Origin: Sedimentisphaerales bacterium
GTDB lineage: Bacteria; Planctomycetota; Phycisphaerae; Sedimentisphaerales; Anaerobacaceae
Assembly (NCBI GenBank): GCA_963708075.1
Contig: OY970194.1
Location: forward strand, 6,592,001-6,656,000
Direction: 5' to 3'
DNA length: 64,000 bases
Part shown: positions 60,527 to 64,000 of the stretch, piece after piece
Layout: each line of letters opens with the position of its first letter
Position numbering within the stretch: the stretch's first letter is position 1
Notes under the pieces: model-generated
Told to the model about the DNA's origin: nothing
Database searches by the model: none
The model's input: the letters and a program-made list of their open reading frames with translations, nothing else
Translations under genes and position numbers: made by a program

Positions 60527-63142
60527 TCAGTTGCCTGACCGCGCCTGGGCTGCTGCTGATTCCTCATTTGGCAAGGCGACTCGCAAATCGAACGGAGTGT
60601 ACTCAATGGAATCCAGGACCTGAACCTCGCTGACGGTCACCGTCCGCCTCGGTGTGATCCGGTACTGCACATAGCGGGCATCCACCGGCTGTTGCGGTGC
60701 CAGCGTGTAGGTGAATCCGGTGGCGGTTTCGTCGTCGGGCATCATGTGGTTGACCGGAATGTCCTTCCATCGCAGATTCAGATCGAAGAAGCCCTGGCTG
60801 GTGTACTGCTTCGCGTCGGCCGAAGTGAGGACCTCCACCGTGTCTTTGACTTCCCTGTCCATGGCGTCCCACCAGGGCCAGCCCGCGCTGAGGTCGATGC
60901 GAAACGCCCCACAACGCGAGACGTCGCCCAGGTCCACCGTGACGACGGGGTTCTTCCCCTGGTCCCAGCAGAGCCCGTAGCGGGGCCCGATTCCGCCGGC
61001 GTAGGGCGGTCCGACGACGCCGTCGGTGAGCTTCGTCCCCTGCGGGTCACCCGCTTCCCAATGTGTCGCCGAAGGGACGGAGACCGTGTAGCTCTTTTCC
61101 TTGGCCAGGTTCCTGCCGTAGCGGACCCAGCGGCCGACGTATTTCTCGCCACCGGCGTCTTTGCCGTCAGAGTAGCCGTACTTCACATCAGTGACGGCGC
61201 CCTTGAGATTCACTCGCAGCGAGTTCACGACGGGGTGGTCCTGCCCGCCCACGTTGATTGTATATCGGTAGGGCACTTGTTCGATCAGCTCCGTGTGGCT
61301 GCGCTCGACGAGCGAATCGTCGCTCTGCACTTCGCTCCAGTTGAACGTCACCTCGATGGGCCTGAATTGCGCCACCTGCGGCCTGTGGTTGACCTCCATG
61401 CGGACGCTGTAAATGCTACATGCATCCGTCCCGGCGGCCGAGCTATTGAGCAGATACTTGAACAGTACCGACTTTGTGCCGGCCGGAATATCCATGACGG
61501 TCTCATAGTGGATCACGTCCCACGGCGGATCGACCTTGTCGAGCGAATAGCTTCGCTGCCAGGTTTGCCCGCCATCGAAGGAGTGCAACAGGTCGATGTG
61601 GGATTTCGGCGCCCGGTTGTAGAAGCGACCACCGTACTCGATGCGTGCGATCTCTGTTGGCGCATCGACTCTGAAGACCACGTATGCATCTTCCTTCGCC
61701 TTCACGGCATACATGACCCCCTGGTAGCCGGGGTGCTCGGCTTTTGAGGTCATATTCTCTTGCTCGACGACGTACGGCTTATAGTTCTCACCCTGCAGGT
61801 CCGGCCAGATCACGATGGACTCCGTCTGATCGCCAGCCCCCACGTACACGGTGTTTCCGCCCAGCAGCAAGTTCGGCTGGGTCTTGCTGTTGAGCATGGT
61901 GGTCGTCTCAAACTCGATAGCTCGCAGGCAGGCATCCGCCGGATTCACTTTACCCATCAGAGAGACTTTCACCAGGATCTCATACGAGCCATTGACCTCG
62001 TTGGTCAACGCCAGGTCGAGCGGGAGATCACCGACTTCTTCGGCCCTCCACGCCTCATTCCACGTCAATCCGTTCGTTGCGCTGATCGAGATACTCGCGA
62101 CATCCGCAGCGGTCCTTCGGGAGAGACTGCCTTTGATCTGCACGCGCGTGACGACATTGGCCCCTTCCACCTTGAAAATAATCTCGCCGGGCTTGGCGGC
62201 CTCGGAGGGCACTACACCACTCGGCTGGATGGCTCGGCAACCGAAAACGCTGTACGCCGCCTCCGCCAGGGATTCGTCTGTCAATGCAGGCCTGAACACG
62301 CGGATTCCATTGCCGCGGATGCGATAACGCTGATTCGGCTTCTCCGGGTCGGCGTCGTGATTGGGCACATAGTACTCGCGAGTGTCCCCCAGGCTCTTGT
62401 AGTAACGGGTATAGACTTCGTTCTCTCGCAGATTGAGGATGTACCGATGCCCACGGTCCCAGTTGTAATAGTAGAACCGGTATTTCAGGCCGTTCGGGTT
62501 GAAGCAGCGGTACTCCTGCTCGAGGTCGCGGGCACAGTCCGCCCCGGTGAGGAAGCCATTGCTGCTCGTGGCGTTGAGGCAGTGGTAGCGGGCGATGTGC
62601 CCGGGCTCCACGCGTCCGCCGGAGGCCTCGCAGCCGCCTTCCTTGCCGATATCCTCGACGCCCGCGATGGTCACGCCGTCGCACAGCGTGTAGAGCGCGG
62701 ACATGCTGTTGTCATACATGTGCCAGCGGCCGCCGTACTGAACTTCGGGGACGGTGTGCAGCGTGACATCCCAGAATTTGACCGGGTATCCCATGGCGTC
62801 CCAGATCGAGCAGTTGATCCCGGCGATCGTGCTGCACATCGTGTAGCCGTAGTCGTTGAACTGCCGGATCGGGTCGGTGCACTCCATTCCATGCAGGTTC
62901 ATCGGCATGGTCTGCCGCCGCGCGATGTGGCTCCAATAGAACATCGCCCGGCATTTCTCCGCCGGCTCCTGCCACCGGGCCGTGATGCTGTGGATCATGC
63001 TCTCCATATCATAGTAGTCCGGCGAGGCGTCAGTGACGACCTTGACATTGCACACCTCGCCCGATGCCACACCCACTCCCGACACGATCAGGAACAACGC
63101 TGCCGCTACTGCAAATCCTGCTCTCATTCGTGTGTTCTCCAT
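60527..63142 (-). CDS. Secreted hypothetical protein: transglutaminase-like N-domain plus discoidin-like C-domain
   Basis: YGYTMCS (Cys), HTVPEV (His), WHMYD (Asp); NLAKEKSY...KLTDG...VTVDLG...ARYV...SEVQV. Confidence 0.6.
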   Translation of the reverse strand: MENTRMRAGFAVAAALFLIVSGVGVASGEVCNVKVVTDASPDYYDMESMIHSITARWQEPAEKCRAMFYWSHIARRQTMPMNLHGMECTDPIRQFNDYGYTMCSTIAGINCSIWDAMGYPVKFWDVTLHTVPEVQYGGRWHMYDNSMSALYTLCDGVTIAGVEDIGKEGGCEASGGRVEPGHIARYHCLNATSSNGFLTGADCARDLEQEYRCFNPNGLKYRFYYYNWDRGHRYILNLRENEVYTRYYKSLGDTREYYVPNHDADPEKPNQRYRIRGNGIRVFRPALTDESLAEAAYSVFGCRAIQPSGVVPSEAAKPGEIIFKVEGANVVTRVQIKGSLSRRTAADVASISISATNGLTWNEAWRAEEVGDLPLDLALTNEVNGSYEILVKVSLMGKVNPADACLRAIEFETTTMLNSKTQPNLLLGGNTVYVGAGDQTESIVIWPDLQGENYKPYVVEQENMTSKAEHPGYQGVMYAVKAKEDAYVVFRVDAPTEIARIEYGGRFYNRAPKSHIDLLHSFDGGQTWQRSYSLDKVDPPWDVIHYETVMDIPAGTKSVLFKYLLNSSAAGTDACSIYSVRMEVNHRPQVAQFRPIEVTFNWSEVQSDDSLVERSHTELIEQVPYRYTINVGGQDHPVVNSLRVNLKGAVTDVKYGYSDGKDAGGEKYVGRWVRYGRNLAKEKSYTVSVPSATHWEAGDPQGTKLTDGVVGPPYAGGIGPRYGLCWDQGKNPVVTVDLGDVSRCGAFRIDLSAGWPWWDAMDREVKDTVEVLTSADAKQYTSQGFFDLNLRWKDIPVNHMMPDDETATGFTYTLAPQQPVDARYVQYRITPRRTVTVSEVQVLDSIEYTPFDLRVALPNEESAAAQARSGN

Positions 63143-63348
63143 TGCACCTGTGCGATCACCTCCTTCATCATACCTGAGTTTCCCGTCCTGTAAAACCGCT
63201 TGTCGGTGAAGATTGCCACCGGAAATGCCGCTACTCTTATTGGAGAGATGTGAGACTCCGTGTCTTTGTCGGGTCCCAGCAAAGCCGGGCGGACAGTATG
63301 TTGAACGTATGTACGAATTTGAGCATTCGAAACAGTGGATTCAGCCTG

Positions 63349-63495
63349 CTATCCCGCATACGACAGCTTGCCGTTTTCGAACCTCGCTGCGGAGGTGTAC
63401 GGATGGGTTTCGTTCTTCTTCAAGCCCACGATGTGCTCCACCGTGATTCCGTCGGCTTTGAGGTAGTCGGAGATGAGGGCCCGATGACATCCCAT
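63349..63495 (-). pseudogene. C-terminal remnant of a DUF488-family gene
   Basis: Hand translation MGCHRALISDYLKADGITVEHIVGLKKNETHPYTSAARFENGKLSYAG. The CHR..I.D.L and HPYT..A motifs are typical of the DUF488 C-terminus. Confidence 0.65.
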
Positions 63496-64000
63496 CACTT
63501 CAAAGGTACAACCACGAACAACAGTTCTGCGTCGTCATCAGCCTTCACGAGAAGCTCAGTCTCGTCGCTGATCATGGCGGCGTCCAGCGGCCGCAGGACC
63601 TGATCGTTTATCGAGATGCCATTTCCTTCGACCACGTACAGGTAGCCGCCGTAGCCTTCCTTGAGTCGGTAGGAGACTGTCTTGCCCTTCTGCAGAAAAC
63701 ACGAATACACTTTGGCCTCCGACGCGATCGGCAGGCTCTCCGGGTCTTCATTCGAAACGAGGGCAAGCAGCCGGTTCGTCCGTTCCTCTCGTTCGACCTG
63801 CTTCTGTTGCACGGAGGGAGGGAGTCCGTGCCTCAGCGGGGCAAACCACATCTGGATGAATCGCATCGGCTGATCGGGCAGATTGTTGATCTCCGAGTGA
63901 AACAGGCCTCTTCCGACGGTGGTGTGCTGGACCCAGCCCTTCTTGAGAACGCCGCCCTCGCCATGTTGATCCGCGTGCCGGAACTCGCCCGCCGCGCAGT
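63495..64000 (-). CDS. Pirin-family (YhhW-like) protein, 5' end outside window
   Basis: GEFRHAD..G...VQHTTVGRGLFHSEIN...RFIQMW; C-terminal cupin YLYVVEG. Confidence 0.88.
   Translation of the reverse strand, partial: CAAGEFRHADQHGEGGVLKKGWVQHTTVGRGLFHSEINNLPDQPMRFIQMWFAPLRHGLPPSVQQKQVEREERTNRLLALVSNEDPESLPIASEAKVYSCFLQKGKTVSYRLKEGYGGYLYVVEGNGISINDQVLRPLDAAMISDETELLVKADDDAELLFVVVPLK

Noticed and set aside
63154..63165. GATCACCTCCTT, identical to the 16S rRNA 3' end
   Set aside because: No other rRNA sequence around it. On the minus strand it is a strong Shine-Dalgarno (AAGGAGGTGATC) upstream of the 63142 start.
2510..63193. Long antisense/overlapping ORFs (e.g. 2510-4525+, 9169-11166+, 23248-25563-, 31723-33435+, 35740-37425+, 47806-49470-, 57469-59175+, 61760-63193+)
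   Set aside because: Shadow frames of real GC-rich genes; no recognisable motifs.

Overview
GC-rich bacterial genomic window, most likely from a Planctomycetota (Phycisphaerae/Sedimentisphaerales-like) genome. This is inferred from an H-X9-DG prepilin, lamin-tail/CotH and Tat-exported TIM-barrel proteins, and many secreted glycan-active enzymes. It holds about 35 genes: a PpiC-like foldase, an LptF/G permease, thiC with a TPP riboswitch, a probable defence pair (TIR-CHAT-STAND-TPR giant plus a convergent, motif-degenerate OLD-like ATPase), dinB, htpX, a modular C10 protease, DPP-IV, GH42 and a long run of lyase/hydrolase genes. At least ten genes are split by small indels, which looks like unpolished long-read error. 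No rRNA, tRNA, CRISPR array, transposase, integrase or reverse transcriptase was seen. The most novel signals are non-coding. (1) Two ~195-bp MITE-like elements share the same terminal inverted repeats and each has a perfect 8-bp target-site duplication, yet they carry unrelated REP-type palindromic cargo; two weaker shell-plus-REP candidates also occur. (2) A three-copy covarying REPIN family has one copy in frame inside a Tat signal peptide. (3) The TPP riboswitch has a 44-nt structured insertion in the normally short L5 loop. All protein calls rest on motif recognition by eye, not database searches.
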